Assembly (NCBI RefSeq): GCF_009914755.1
Contig: NC_060937.1
DNA from: the human T2T-CHM13v2.0 reference genome, Homo sapiens
Direction: 5' to 3' (one strand)
Length of the DNA: 64,000 nt
Part shown: piece after piece, positions 40,117-54,905 of the stretch
How the letters are laid out: every line of letters starts with the position of its first letter
Numbering within the stretch: the stretch's first letter is position 1
Made by a program: the position numbers and the translations under genes
Notes under the pieces: model-generated
What the model was told of the DNA's origin: nothing
Databases searched by the model: none
What the model saw: only the letters and a program-made list of their open reading frames with translations

Positions 40117-41306
40117 GGAAGATATTTCCTTTTTCACCGTAGGCGTCAAGGCGATCGAAATGTCCACTTCCACAAACTACAAAAAGAGTGTTTCAAACCT
40201 GCTCTATGAAAGGCCATGTTCATCTCTATGAGTCGAATGGAAATATCCGAAAGAAATTTCTGGGAATGCTGCTGTCTAGTTTTTATACGAATTCCCGCTT
40301 CCAACGAAATCCTCAAAGCAATCCAAATATCCACTTGCAGAATCCACAAAAAGAGTGTTTCAAAACTGCTCTATCAATAGAAAGGTTCAACTCTTTTAGT
40401 TGAGTACACACATCACAAACAAGTTTCTGAGAATGCTTCTGTCTGGCTTTTATTGGAAGACGTTTCCTTTTCACCAAAGGCATCAAAGCGCTCCAAATGT
40501 CCACTTCCAGATTCTTCCAAAAGAGTGTTTGAAACGTGCTCAAAGTAAGGGAATGTTCAACTCTGTGACTTGAATGCAGATATCACCAAGTAGTTTCTAA
40601 TAGTGCTTCTGTCTAGATTTTAGATGATGATATTCCCGTTTCCAACGAAATCGTTAGAGCTATCCAAATATCCACTTACAGTTGCTACAAAAACAGTGTT
40701 TCCAAACTGCTGCATCAAAAGAAAGGTTCAACTCTGTTAGTTGAGGACACACATCACAAAGAAGTTTGTGAGAATGCTTCTGTCTAGATTTTGTATGACC
40801 ATATTCCCTTTTCCAGCGATATCATTAAAGCAATCTAAATATCCATTTGCAGAATCCACAAAAATAGAGTTTCAAAGCTGCTCTGTAAAAAGAAAGGTTC
40901 CACTCTGTTAGCTGAGTACACACATCACAAACTTGTTTCTCAGAATCCTTCTGTCTCGTTTTTCTGGGAAGATATTTACTTTTTCACCGTAGGCATCAAA
41001 GCGCTCCAAATGTCCACATCCAGATACTCCAGAAAGAGTGTTTCAAACCTGCTCTATGAAAGGGAATCTTCAACTCTATGAGTTGAATGCAGACATCAGA
41101 AAGAAATTTCTGAGAATGCTGCTGTCTACCTTTTATTTGAATTCCCGCTTCCAACGAAATCCTCCAAGCTATCCAAATATCCACTTGCAGATTCCACAAA
41201 AAGAGTGTTTCAAAACTGCTCTCTATCAATGGCAAAGTTCAACTCTGTTAGTTGAGGACACATATCACCAACAAGTTTCTGAGAATGCTTCTGTCTATTT
41301 TTTATG
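40117..41306 (-). repeat. 7-mer HOR variant, unit 25
   Basis: Anchor spacing 40146 to 41336. Confidence 0.95.
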
Positions 41307-43176
41307 GGAAGATATTTCCTTTTTCACCGTAGGCGTCAAGGCGATCGAAATGTCCACTTCCACAAACTACAAAAAGAGTGTTTCAAACCTGCTCTATGAA
41401 AGGCCATGTTCATCTCTATGAGTCGAATGGAAATATCCGAAAGAAATTTCTGGGAATGCTGCTGTCTAGTTTTTATACGAATTCCCGCTTCCAACGAAAT
41501 CCTCAAAGCAATCCAAATATCCACTTGCAGAATCCACAAAAAGAGTGTTTCAAAACTGCTCTATCAATAGAAAGGTTCAACTCTTTTAGTTGAGTACACA
41601 CATCACAAACAAGTTTCTGAGAATGCTTCTGTCTGGCTTTTATTGGAAGACGTTTCCTTTTCACCAAAGGCATCAAAGCGCTCCAAATGTCCACTTCCAG
41701 ATTCTTCCAAAAGAGTGTTTGAAACGTGCTCAAAGTAAGGGAATGTTCAACTCTGTGACTTGAATGCAGATATCACCAAGTAGTTTCTAATAGTGCTTCT
41801 GTCTAGATTTTAGATGATGATATTCCCGTTTCCAACGAAATCGTTAGAGCTATCCAAATATCCACTTACAGTTTCTACAAAAAGAGTGTTTCCAAACTGC
41901 TGCATCAAAAGAAAGGTTCAACTCTGTTAGTTGAGGACACACATCACAAAGAAGTTTGTGAGAATGCTTCTGTCTAGATTTTGTATGACCATATTCCCTT
42001 TTCCAGCGATATCATTAAAGCAATCTAAATATCCATTTGCAGAATCCACAAAAATAGAGTTTCAAAGCTGCTCTGTAAAAAGAAAGGTTCCACTCTGTTA
42101 GCTGAGTACACACATCACAAACTTGTTTCTGAGAATCCTTCTGTCTCGTTTTTATGGGAAGATATTTACTTTTTCACCGTAGGCATCAAAGCGCTCCAAA
42201 TGTCCACATCCAGATACTCCAGAAAGAGTGTTTCAAACCTGCTCTATGAAAGGGAATCTTCAACTCTATGAGTTGAATGCAGACATCAGAAAGAAATTTC
42301 TGAGAATGCTGCTGTCTACCTTTTATTTGAATTCCCGCTTCCAACGAAATCCTCCAAGCTATCCAAATATCCACCTGCATTTTCCACAAAAAGAGCGTTT
42401 CAAAACTGCTCTATCAATAGAAATGTTCAACTCCTTTGGCTGGGTACACACATCACAAACAAGTTTCTGAGAATGCTTCTGTCTAGTTTTTATGGGAAGA
42501 CATTCCCTTTTTCACCAAAGGCATCAAAGCGCTCCAAATGTCCACTTCCAGACACTACAAAAAGAGTGTTTCCAACGTGCTCTAAGAAAGCGAATGTTCA
42601 ACTCTGTGACTTGAATGCAGATATCACAAAGTAGTTTCTGAGAGGGCTTCTGTCTAGATTTTAGATGATGATATTCCCGTTTCCAACGAAATCATTAGAG
42701 CTATCCAAATATCCACTTACAGTTTCTACAAAAAGAGTGTTTCCAAACTGCTGCATCAAAAGAGAGGTTCCACTCTGTTAGCTGAGTACACACATCACAA
42801 ACTTGTTTCTCAGAATCCTTCTGTCTCGTTTTTCTGGGAAGATATTTACTTTTTCACCGTAGGCATCAAAGCGCTCCAAATGTCCACATCCAGATACTCC
42901 AGAAAGAGTGTTTCAAACCTGCTCTATGAAAGGGAATCTTCAACTCTATGAGTTGAATGCAGACATCAGAAAGAAATTTCTGAGAATGCTGCTGTCTACC
43001 TTTTATTTGAATTCCCGCTTCCAACGAAATCCTCCAAGCTATCCAAATATCCACTTGCAGATTCCACAAAAAGAGTGTTTCAAAACTGCTCTCTATCAAT
43101 GGCAAAGTTCAACTCTGTTAGTTGAGGACACATATCACCAACAAGTTTCTGAGAATGCTTCTGTCTATTTTTTATG

Positions 43177-44366
43177 GGAAGATATTTCCTTTTTCACCGT
43201 AGGCGTCAAGGCGATCGAAATGTCCACTTCCACAAACTACAAAAAGAGTGTTTCAAACCTGCTCTATGAAAGGCCATGTTCATCTCTATGAGTCGAATGG
43301 AAATATCCGAAAGAAATTTCTGGGAATGCTGCTGTCTAGTTTTTATACGAATTCCCGCTTCCAACGAAATCCTCAAAGCAATCCAAATATCCACTTGCAG
43401 AATCCACAAAAAGAGTGTTTCAAAACTGCTCTATCAATAGAAAGGTTCAACTCTTTTAGTTGAGTACACACATCACAAACAAGTTTCTGAGAATGCTTCT
43501 GTCTGGCTTTTATTGGAAGACGTTTCCTTTTCACCAAAGGCATCAAAGCGCTCCAAATGTCCACTTCCAGATTCTTCCAAAAGAGTGTTTGAAACGTGCT
43601 CAAAGTAAGGGAATGTTCAACTCTGTGACTTGAATGCAGATATCACCAAGTAGTTTCTAATAGTGCTTCTGTCTAGATTTTAGATGATGATATTCCCGTT
43701 TCCAACGAAATCGTTAGAGCTATCCAAATATCCACTTACAGTTGCTACAAAAACAGTGTTTCCAAACTGCTGCATCAAAAGAAAGGTTCAACTCTGTTAG
43801 TTGAGGACACACGTCACAAAGAAGTTTGTGAGAATGCTTCTGTCTAGATTTTGTATGACGATATTCCCTTTTCCAACGATATCGTTAAAGCAATCTAAAT
43901 ATCCATTTGCAGAATCCACAAAAATAGAGTTTCAAAGCTGCTCTGTAAAAAGAAAGGTTCCACTCTGTTAGCTGAGTACACACATCACAAACTTGTTTCT
44001 CAGAATCCTTCTGTCTCGTTTTTATGGGAAGATATTTACTTTTTCACCGTAGGCATCAAAGCGCTCCAAATGTCCACATCCAGATACTCCAGAAAGAGTG
44101 TTTCAAACCTGCTCTATGAAAGGGAATCTTCAACTCTATGAGTTGAATGCAGACATCAGAAAGAAATTTCTGAGAATGCTGCTGTCTACCTTTTATTTGA
44201 ATTCCCGCTTCCAACGAAATCCTCCAAGCTATCCAAATATCCACTTGCAGATTCCACAAAAAGAGTGTTTCAAAACTGCTCTCTATCAATGGCAAAGTTC
44301 AACTCTGTTAGTTGAGGACACATATCACCAACAAGTTTCTGAGAATGCTTCTGTCTATTTTTTATG
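43177..44366 (-). repeat. 7-mer HOR variant, unit 27
   Basis: Anchor spacing 43206 to 44396. Confidence 0.95.
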
Positions 44367-46234
44367 GGAAGATATTTCCTTTTTCACCGTAGGCGTCAAG
44401 GCGATCGAAATGTCCACTTCCACAAACTACAAAAAGAGTGTTTCAAACCTGCTCTATGAAAGGCCATGTTCATCTCTATGAGTCGAATGGAAATATCCGA
44501 AAGAAATTTCTGGGAATGCTGCTGTCTAGTTTTTATACGAATTCCCGCTTCCAACGAAATCCTCAAAGCAATCCAAATATCCACTTGCAGAATCCACAAA
44601 AAGAGTGTTTCAAAACTGCTCTATCAATAGAAAGGTTCAACTCTTTTAGTTGAGTACACACATCACAAACAAGTTTCTGAGAATGCTTCTGTCTGGCTTT
44701 TATTGGAAGACGTTTCCTTTTCACCAAAGGCATCAAAGCGCTCCAAATGTCCACTTCCAGATTCTTCCAAAAGAGTGTTTGAAACGTGCTCAAAGTAAGG
44801 GAATGTTCAACTCTGTGACTTGAATGCAGATATCACCAAGTAGTTTCTAATAGTGCTTCTGTCTAGATTTTAGATGATGATATTCCCGTTTCCAACGAAA
44901 TCGTTAGAGCTATCCAAATATCCACTTACAGTTTCTACAAAAAGAGTGTTTCCAAACTGCTGCATCAAAAGAAAGGTTCAACTCTGTTAGTTGAGGACAC
45001 ACATCACAAAGAAGTTTGTGAGAATGCTTCTGTCTAGATTTTGTATGACCATATTCCCTTTTCCAGCGATATCATTAAAGCAATCTAAATATCCATTTGC
45101 AGAATCCACAAAAATAGAGTTTCAAAGCTGCTCTGTAAAAAGAAAGGTTCCACTCTGTTAGCTGAGTACACACATCACAAACTTGTTTCTGAGAATCCTT
45201 CTGTCTCGTTTTTATGGGAAGATATTTACTTTTTCACCGTAGGCATCAAAGCGCTCCAAATGTCCACATCCAGATACTCCAGAAAGAGTGTTTCAAACCT
45301 GCTCTATGAAAGGGAATCTTCAACTCTATGAGTTGAATGCAGACATCAGAAAGAAATTTCTGAGAATGCTGCTGTCTACCTTTTATTTGAACTCCCGCTT
45401 CCAACGAAATCCTCCAAGCTATCCAAATATCCACTTGCATTTTCCACAAAAAGAGTGCTTCAAAACTGCTCTATCAATAAATGTTCAACTCCTTTAGCTG
45501 GGTGCACACATCACAAACAAGTTTCTGAGAATGCTTCTGTCTAGTTTTTATGGGAAGACATTCCCTTTTTCACCAAAGGCATCAAAGCGCTCCAAATGTC
45601 CACTTCCAGACACTACAAAAAGAGTGTTTCCAACGTGCTCTAAGAAAGCGAATGTTCAACTCTGTGACTTGAATGCAGATATCACAAAGTAGTTTCTGAG
45701 AGGGCTTCTGTCTAGATTTTAGATGATGATATTCCCGTTTCCAACGAAATCATTAGAGCTATCCAAATATCCACTTACAGTTTCTACAAAAAGAGTGTTT
45801 CCAAACTGCTGCATCAAAAGAGAGGTTCCACTCTGTTAGCTGAGTACACACATCACAAACTTGTTTCTGAGAATCCTTCTGTGTCGTTTTTATGGGAAGA
45901 TATTTACTTTTTCACCGTAGGCATCAAAGCGCTCCAAATGTCCACATCCAGATACTCCAGAAAGAGTGTTTCAAACCTGCTCTATGAAAGGGAATCTTCA
46001 ACTCTATGAGTTGAATGCAGACATCAGAAAGAAATTTCTGAGAATGCTGCTGTCTACCTTTTATTTGAATTCCCGCTTCCAACGAAATCCTCCAAGCTAT
46101 CCAAATATCCACTTGCAGATTCCACAAAAAGAGTGTTTCAAAACTGCTCTCTATCAATGGCAAAGTTCAACTCTGTTAGTTGAGGACACATATCACCAAC
46201 AAGTTTCTGAGAATGCTTCTGTCTATTTTTTATG
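44367..46234 (-). repeat. 11-mer variant B (1868 bp), unit 28
   Basis: B markers; anchor spacing 1868. Confidence 0.93.
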
Positions 46235-48104
46235 GGAAGATATTTCCTTTTTCACCGTAGGCGTCAAGGCGATCGAAATGTCCACTTCCACAAACTACAA
46301 AAAGAGTGTTTCAAACCTGCTCTATGAAAGGCCATGTTCATCTCTATGAGTCGAATGGAAATATCCGAAAGAAATTTCTGGGAATGCTGCTGTCTAGTTT
46401 TTATACGAATTCCCGCTTCCAACGAAATCCTCAAAGCAATCCAAATATCCACTTGCAGAATCCACAAAAAGAGTGTTTCAAAACTGCTCTATCAATAGAA
46501 AGGTTCAACTCTTTTAGTTGAGTACACACATCACAAACAAGTTTCTGAGAATGCTTCTGTCTGGCTTTTATTGGAAGACGTTTCCTTTTCACCAAAGGCA
46601 TCAAAGCGCTCCAAATGTCCACTTCCAGATTCTTCCAAAAGAGTGTTTGAAACGTGCTCAAAGTAAGGGAATGTTCAACTCTGTGACTTGAATGCAGATA
46701 TCACCAAGTAGTTTCTAATAGTGCTTCTGTCTAGATTTTAGATGATGATATTCCCGTTTCCAACGAAATCGTTAGAGCTATCCAAATATCCACTTACAGT
46801 TTCTACAAAAAGAGTGTTTCCAAACTGCTGCATCAAAAGAAAGGTTCAACTCTGTTAGTTGAGGACACACATCACAAAGAAGTTTGTGAGAATGCTTCTG
46901 TCTAGATTTTGTATGACCATATTCCCTTTTCCAGCGATATCATTAAAGCAATCTAAATATCCATTTGCAGAATCCACAAAAATAGAGTTTCAAAGCTGCT
47001 CTGTAAAAAGAAAGGTTCCACTCTGTTAGCTGAGTACACACATCACAAACTTGTTTCTGAGAATCCTTCTGTCTCGTTTTTATGGGAAGATATTTACTTT
47101 TTCACCGTAGGCATCAAAGCGCTCCAAATGTCCACATCCAGATACTCCAGAAAGAGTGTTTCAAACCTGCTCTATGAAAGGGAATCTTCAACTCTATGAG
47201 TTGAATGCAGACATCAGAAAGAAATTTCTGAGAATGCTGCTGTCTACCTTTTATTTGAATTCCCGCTTCCAACGAAATCCTCCAAGCTATCCAAATATCC
47301 ACCTGCATTTTCCACAAAAAGAGCGTTTCAAAACTGCTCTATCAATAGAAATGTTCAACTCCTTTGGCTGGGTACACACATCACAAACAAGTTTCTGAGA
47401 ATGCTTCTGTCTAGTTTTTATGGGAAGACATTCCCTTTTTCACCAAAGGCATCAAAGCGCTCCAAATGTCCACTTCCAGACACTACAAAAAGAGTGTTTC
47501 CAACGTGCTCTAAGAAAGCGAATGTTCAACTCTGTGACTTGAATGCAGATATCACAAAGTAGTTTCTGAGAGGGCTTCTGTCTAGATTTTAGATGATGAT
47601 ATTCCCGTTTCCAACGAAATCATTAGAGCTATCCAAATATCCACTTACAGTTTCTACAAAAAGAGTGTTTCCAAACTGCTGCATCAAAAGAGAGGTTCCA
47701 CTCTGTTAGCTGAGTACACACATCACAAACTTGTTTCTCAGAATCCTTCTGTCTCGTTTTTCTGGGAAGATATTTACTTTTTCACCGTAGGCATCAAAGC
47801 GCTCCAAATGTCCACATCCAGATACTCCAGAAAGAGTGTTTCAAACCTGCTCTATGAAAGGGAATCTTCAACTCTATGAGTTGAATGCAGACATCAGAAA
47901 GAAATTTCTGAGAATGCTGCTGTCTACCTTTTATTTGAATTCCCGCTTCCAACGAAATCCTCCAAGCTATCCAAATATCCACTTGCAGATTCCACAAAAA
48001 GAGTGTTTCAAAACTGCTCTCTATCAATGGCAAAGTTCAACTCTGTTAGTTGAGGACACATATCACCAACAAGTTTCTGAGAATGCTTCTGTCTATTTTT
48101 TATG

Positions 48105-49975
48105 GGAAGATATTTCCTTTTTCACCGTAGGCGTCAAGGCGATCGAAATGTCCACTTCCACAAACTACAAAAAGAGTGTTTCAAACCTGCTCTATGAAAG
48201 GCCATGTTCATCTCTATGAGTCGAATGGAAATATCCGAAAGAAATTTCTGGGAATGCTGCTGTCTAGTTTTTATACGAATTCCCGCTTCCAACGAAATCC
48301 TCAAAGCAATCCAAATATCCACTTGCAGAATCCACAAAAAGAGTGTTTCAAAACTGCTCTATCAATAGAAAGGTTCAACTCTTTTAGTTGAGTACACACA
48401 TCACAAACAAGTTTCTGAGAATGCTTCTGTCTGGCTTTTATTGGAAGACGTTTCCTTTTCACCAAAGGCATCATCAAAGCGCTCCAAATGTCCACTTCCA
48501 GATTCTTCCAAAAGAGTGTTTGAAACGTGCTCAAAGTAAGGGAATGTTCAACTCTGTGACTTGAATGCAGATATCACCAAGTAGTTTCTAATAGTGCTTC
48601 TGTCTAGATTTTAGATGATGATATTCCCGTTTCCAACGAAATCGTTAGAGCTATCCAAATATCCACTTACAGTTTCTACAAAAAGAGTGTTTCCAAACTG
48701 CTGCATCAAAAGAAAGGTTCAACTCTGTTAGTTGAGGACACACATCACAAAGAAGTTTGTGAGAATGCTTCTGTCTAGATTTTGTATGACCATATTCCCT
48801 TTTCCAGCGATATCATTAAAGCAATCTAAATATCCATTTGCAGAATCCACAAAAATAGAGTTTCAAAGCTGCTCTGTAAAAAGAAAGGTTCCACTCTGTT
48901 AGCTGAGTACACACATCACAAACTTGTTTCTGAGAATCCTTCTGTCTCGTTTTTCTGGGAAGATATTTACTTTTTCACCGTAGGCATCAAAGCGCTCCAA
49001 ATGTCCACATCCAGATACTCCAGAAAGAGTGTTTCAAACCTGCTCTATGAAAGGGAATCTTCAACTCTATGAGTTGAATGCAGACATCAGAAAGAAATTT
49101 CTGAGAATGCTGCTGTCTACCTTTTATTTGAACTCCCGCTTCCAACGAAATCCTCCAAGCTATCCAAATATCCACTTGCATTTTCCACAAAAAGAGTGCT
49201 TCAAAACTGCTCTATCAATAAATGTTCAACTCCTTTAGCTGGGTGCACACATCACAAACAAGTTTCTGAGAATGCTTCTGTCTAGTTTTTATGGGAAGAC
49301 ATTCCCTTTTTCACCAAAGGCATCAAAGCGCTCCAAATGTCCACTTCCAGACACTACAAAAAGAGTGTTTCCAACGTGCTCTAAGAAAGCGAATGTTCAA
49401 CTCTGTGACTTGAATGCAGATATCACAAAGTAGTTTCTGAGAGGGCTTCTGTCTAGATTTTAGATGATGATATTCCCGTTTCCAACGAAATCATTAGAGC
49501 TATCCAAATATCCACTTACAGTTTCTACAAAAAGAGTGTTTCCAAACTGCTGCATCAAAAGAGAGGTTCCACTCTGTTAGCTGAGTACACACATCACAAA
49601 CTTGTTTCTGAGAATCCTTCTGTGTCGTTTTTATGGGAAGATATTTACTTTTTCACCGTAGGCATCAAAGCGCTCCAAATGTCCACATCCAGATACTCCA
49701 GAAAGAGTGTTTCAAACCTGCTCTATGAAAGGGAATCTTCAACTCTATGAGTTGAATGCAGACATCAGAAAGAAATTTCTGAGAATGCTGCTGTCTACCT
49801 TTTATTTGAATTCCCGCTTCCAACGAAATCCTCCAAGCTATCCAAATATCCACTTGCAGATTCCACAAAAAGAGTGTTTCAAAACTGCTCTCTATCAATG
49901 GCAAAGTTCAACTCTGTTAGTTGAGGACACATATCACCAACAAGTTTCTGAGAATGCTTCTGTCTATTTTTTATG
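48105..49975 (-). repeat. 11-mer variant B with 3-bp duplication (1871 bp), unit 30
   Basis: B markers plus GGCATCATCAAAG at ~48467-48479; anchor spacing 1871. Confidence 0.93.
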
Positions 49976-52900
49976 GGAAGATATTTCCTTTTTCACCGTA
50001 GGCGTCAAGGCGATCGAAATGTCCACTTCCACAAACTACAAAAAGAGTGTTTCAAACCTGCTCTATGAAAGGCCATGTTCATCTCTATGAGTCGAATGGA
50101 AATATCCGAAAGAAATTTCTGGGAATGCTGCTGTCTAGTTTTTATACGAATTCCCGCTTCCAACGAAATCCTCAAAGCAATCCAAATATCCACTTGCAGA
50201 ATCCACAAAAAGAGTGTTTCAAAACTGCTCTATCAATAGAAAGGTTCAACTCTTTTAGTTGAGTACACACATCACAAACAAGTTTCTGAGAATGCTTCTG
50301 TCTGGCTTTTATTGGAAGACGTTTCCTTTTCACCAAAGGCATCAAAGCGCTCCAAATGTCCACTTCCAGATTCTTCCAAAAGAGTGTTTGAAACGTGCTC
50401 AAAGTAAGGGAATGTTCAACTCTGTGACTTGAATGCAGATATCACCAAGTAGTTTCTAATAGTGCTTCTGTCTAGATTTTAGATGATGATATTCCCGTTT
50501 CCAACGAAATCGTTAGAGCTATCCAAATATCCACTTACAGTTTCTACAAAAAGAGTGTTTCCAAACTGCTGCATCAAAAGAAAGGTTCAACTCTGTTAGT
50601 TGAGGACACACATCACAAAGAAGTTTGTGAGAATGCTTCTGTCTAGATTTTGTATGACCATATTCCCTTTTCCAGCGATATCATTAAAGCAATCTAAATA
50701 TCCATTTGCAGAATCCACAAAAATAGAGTTTCAAAGCTGCTCTGTAAAAAGAAAGGTTCCACTCTGTTAGCTGAGTACACACATCACAAACTTGTTTCTC
50801 AGAATCCTTCTGTCTCGTTTTTATGGGAAGATATTTACTTTTTCACCGTAGGCATCAAAGCGCTCCAAATGTCCACATCCAGATACTCCAGAAAGAGTGT
50901 TTCAAACCTGCTCTATGAAAGGGAATCTTCAACTCTATGAGTTGAATGCAGACATCAGAAAGAAATTTCTGAGAATGCTGCTGTCTACCTTTTATTTGAA
51001 TTCCCGCTTCCAACGAAATCCTCCAAGCTATCCAAATATCCACCTGCATTTTCCACAAAAAGAGCGTTTCAAAACTGCTCTATCAATAGAAATGTTCAAC
51101 TCCTTTGGCTGGGTACACACATCACAAACAAGTTTCTGAGAATGCTTCTGTCTAGTTTTTATGGGAAGACATTCCCTTTTTCACCAAAGGCATCAAAGCG
51201 CTCCAAATGTCCACTTCCAGACACTACAAAAAGAGTGTTTCCAACGTGCTCTAAGAAAGCGAATGTTCAACTCTGTGACTTGAATGCAGATATCACAAAG
51301 TAGTTTCTGAGAGGGCTTCTGTCTAGATTTTAGATGATGATATTCCCGTTTCCAACGAAATCATTAGAGCTATCCAAATATCCACTTACAGTTTCTACAA
51401 AAAGAGTGTTTCCAAACTGCTGCATCAAAAGAGAGGTTCCACTCTGTTAGCTGAGTACACACATCACAAACTTGTTTCTCAGAATCCTTCTGTCTCGTTT
51501 TTCTGGGAAGATATTTACTTTTTCACCGTAGGCATCAAAGCGCTCCAAATGTCCACATCCAGATACTCCAGAAAGAGTGTTTCAAACCTGCTCTATGAAA
51601 GGGAATCTTCAACTCTATGAGTTGAATGCAGACATCAGAAAGAAATTTCTGAGAATGCTGCTGTCTACCTTTTATTTGAATTCCCGCTTCCAACGAAATC
51701 CTCCAAGCTATCCAAATATCCACTTGCAGATTCCACAAAAAGAGTGTTTCAAAACTGCTCTCTATCAATGGCAAAGTTCAACTCTGTTAGTTGAGGACAC
51801 ATATCACCAACAAGTTTCTGAGAATGCTTCTGTCTATTTTTTATGGGAAGATATTTCCTTTTTCACCGTAGGCGTCAAGGCGATCGAAATGTCCACTTCC
51901 ACAAACTACAAAAAGAGTGTTTCAAACCTGCTCTATGAAAGGCCATGTTCATCTCTATGAGTCGAATGGAAATATCCGAAAGAAATTTCTGGGAATGCTG
52001 CTGTCTAGTTTTTATACGAATTCCCGCTTCCAACGAAATCCTCAAAGCAATCCAAATATCCACTTGCAGAATCCACAAAAAGAGTGTTTCAAAACTGCTC
52101 TATCAATAGAAAGGTTCAACTCTTTTAGTTGAGTACACACATCACAAACAAGTTTCTGAGAATGCTTCTGTCTGGCTTTTATTGGAAGACGTTTCCTTTT
52201 CACCAAAGGCATCAAAGCGCTCCAAATGTCCACTTCCAGATTCTTCCAAAAGAGTGTTTGAAACGTGCTCAAAGTAAGGGAATGTTCAACTCTGTGACTT
52301 GAATGCAGATATCACCAAGTAGTTTCTAATAGTGCTTCTGTCTAGATTTTAGATGATGATATTCCCGTTTCCAACGAAATCGTTAGAGCTATCCAAATAT
52401 CCACTTACAGTTTCTACAAAAAGAGTGTTTCCAAACTGCTGCATCAAAAGAAAGGTTCAACTCTGTTAGTTGAGGACACACATCACAAAGAAGTTTGTGA
52501 GAATGCTTCTGTCTAGATTTTGTATGACCATATTCCCTTTTCCAGCGATATCATTAAAGCAATCTAAATATCCATTTGCAGAATCCACAAAAATAGAGTT
52601 TCAAAGCTGCTCTGTAAAAAGAAAGGTTCCACTCTGTTAGCTGAGTACACACATCACAAACTTGTTTCTCAGAATCCTTCTGTCTCGTTTTTATGGGAAG
52701 ATATTTACTTTTTCACCGTAGGCATCAAAGCGCTCCAAATGTCCACATCCAGATACTCCAGAAAGAGTGTTTCAAACCTGCTCTATGAAAGGGAATCTTC
52801 AACTCTATGAGTTGAATGCAGACATCAGAAAGAAATTTCTGAGAATGCTGCTGTCTACCTTTTATTTGAATTCCCGCTTCCAACGAAATCCTCCAAGCTA

Positions 52901-53715
52901 TCCAAATATCCACCTGCATTTTCCACAAAAAGAGCGTTTCAAAACTGCTCTATCAATAGAAATGTTCAACTCCTTTGGCTGGGTACACACATCACAAACA
53001 AGTTTCTGAGAATGCTTCTGTCTAGTTTTTATGGGAAGACATTCCCTTTTTCACCAAAGGCATCAAAGCGCTCCAAATGTCCACTTCCAGACACTACAAA
53101 AAGAGTGTTTCCAACGTGCTCTAAGAAAGCGAATGTTCAACTCTGTGACTTGAATGCAGATATCACAAAGTAGTTTCTGAGAGGGCTTCTGTCTAGATTT
53201 TAGATGATGATATTCCCGTTTCCAACGAAATCATTAGAGCTATCCAAATATCCACTTACAGTTTCTACAAAAAGAGTGTTTCCAAACTGCTGCATCAAAA
53301 GAGAGGTTCCACTCTGTTAGCTGAGTACACACATCACAAACTTGTTTCTCAGAATCCTTCTGTCTCGTTTTTCTGGGAAGATATTTACTTTTTCACCGTA
53401 GGCATCAAAGCGCTCCAAATGTCCACATCCAGATACTCCAGAAAGAGTGTTTCAAACCTGCTCTATGAAAGGGAATCTTCAACTCTATGAGTTGAATGCA
53501 GACATCAGAAAGAAATTTCTGAGAATGCTGCTGTCTACCTTTTATTTGAATTCCCGCTTCCAACGAAATCCTCCAAGCTATCCAAATATCCACTTGCAGA
53601 TTCCACAAAAAGAGTGTTTCAAAACTGCTCTCTATCAATGGCAAAGTTCAACTCTGTTAGTTGAGGACACATATCACCAACAAGTTTCTGAGAATGCTTC
53701 TGTCTATATTTTATG

Positions 53716-54905
53716 GGAAGATATTTCCTTTTTCACCGTAGGCGTCAAGGCGATCGAAATGTCCACTTCCACAAACTACAAAAAGAGTGTTTCAAACCTG
53801 CTCTATGAAAGGCCATGTTCATCTCTATGAGTCGAATGGAAATATCCGAAAGAAATTTCTGGGAATGCTGCTGTCTAGTTTTTATACGAATTCCCGCTTC
53901 CAACGAAATCCTCAAAGCAATCCAAATATCCACTTGCAGAATCCACAAAAAGAGTGTTTCAAAACTGCTCTATCAATAGAAAGGTTCAACTCTTTTAGTT
54001 GAGTACACACATCACAAACAAGTTTCTGAGAATGCTTCTGTCTGGCTTTTATTGGAAGACGTTTCCTTTTCACCAAAGGCATCAAAGCGCTCCAAATGTC
54101 CACTTCCAGATTCTTCCAAAAGAGTGTTTGAAACGTGCTCAAAGTAAGGGAATGTTCAACTCTGTGACTTGAATGCAGATATCACCAAGTAGTTTCTAAT
54201 AGTGCTTCTGTCTAGATTTTAGATGATGATATTCCCGTTTCCAACGAAATCGTTAGAGCTATCCAAATATCCACTTACAGTTGCTACAAAAACAGTGTTT
54301 CCAAACTGCTGCATCAAAAGAAAGGTTCAACTCTGTTAGTTGAGGACACACGTCACAAAGAAGTTTGTGAGAATGCTTCTGTCTAGATTTTGTATGACGA
54401 TATTCCCTTTTCCAACGATATCGTTAAAGCAATCTAAATATCCATTTGCAGAATCCACAAAAATAGAGTTTCAAAGCTGCTCTGTAAAAAGAAAGGTTCC
54501 ACTCTGTTAGCTGAGTACACACATCACAAACTTGTTTCTCAGAATCCTTCTGTCTCGTTTTTCTGGGAAGATATTTACTTTTTCACCGTAGGCATCAAAG
54601 CGCTCCAAATGTCCACATCCAGATACTCCAGAAAGAGTGTTTCAAACCTGCTCTATGAAAGGGAATCTTCAACTCTATGAGTTGAATGCAGACATCAGAA
54701 AGAAATTTCTGAGAATGCTGCTGTCTACCTTTTATTTGAATTCCCGCTTCCAACGAAATCCTCCAAGCTATCCAAATATCCACTTGCAGATTCCACAAAA
54801 AGAGTGTTTCAAAACTGCTCTCTATCAATGGCAAAGTTCAACTCTGTTAGTTGAGGACACATATCACCAACAAGTTTCTGAGAATGCTTCTGTCTATTTT
54901 TTATG
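53716..54905 (-). repeat. 7-mer HOR variant, unit 33
   Basis: Anchor spacing 53745 to 54935. Confidence 0.95.
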
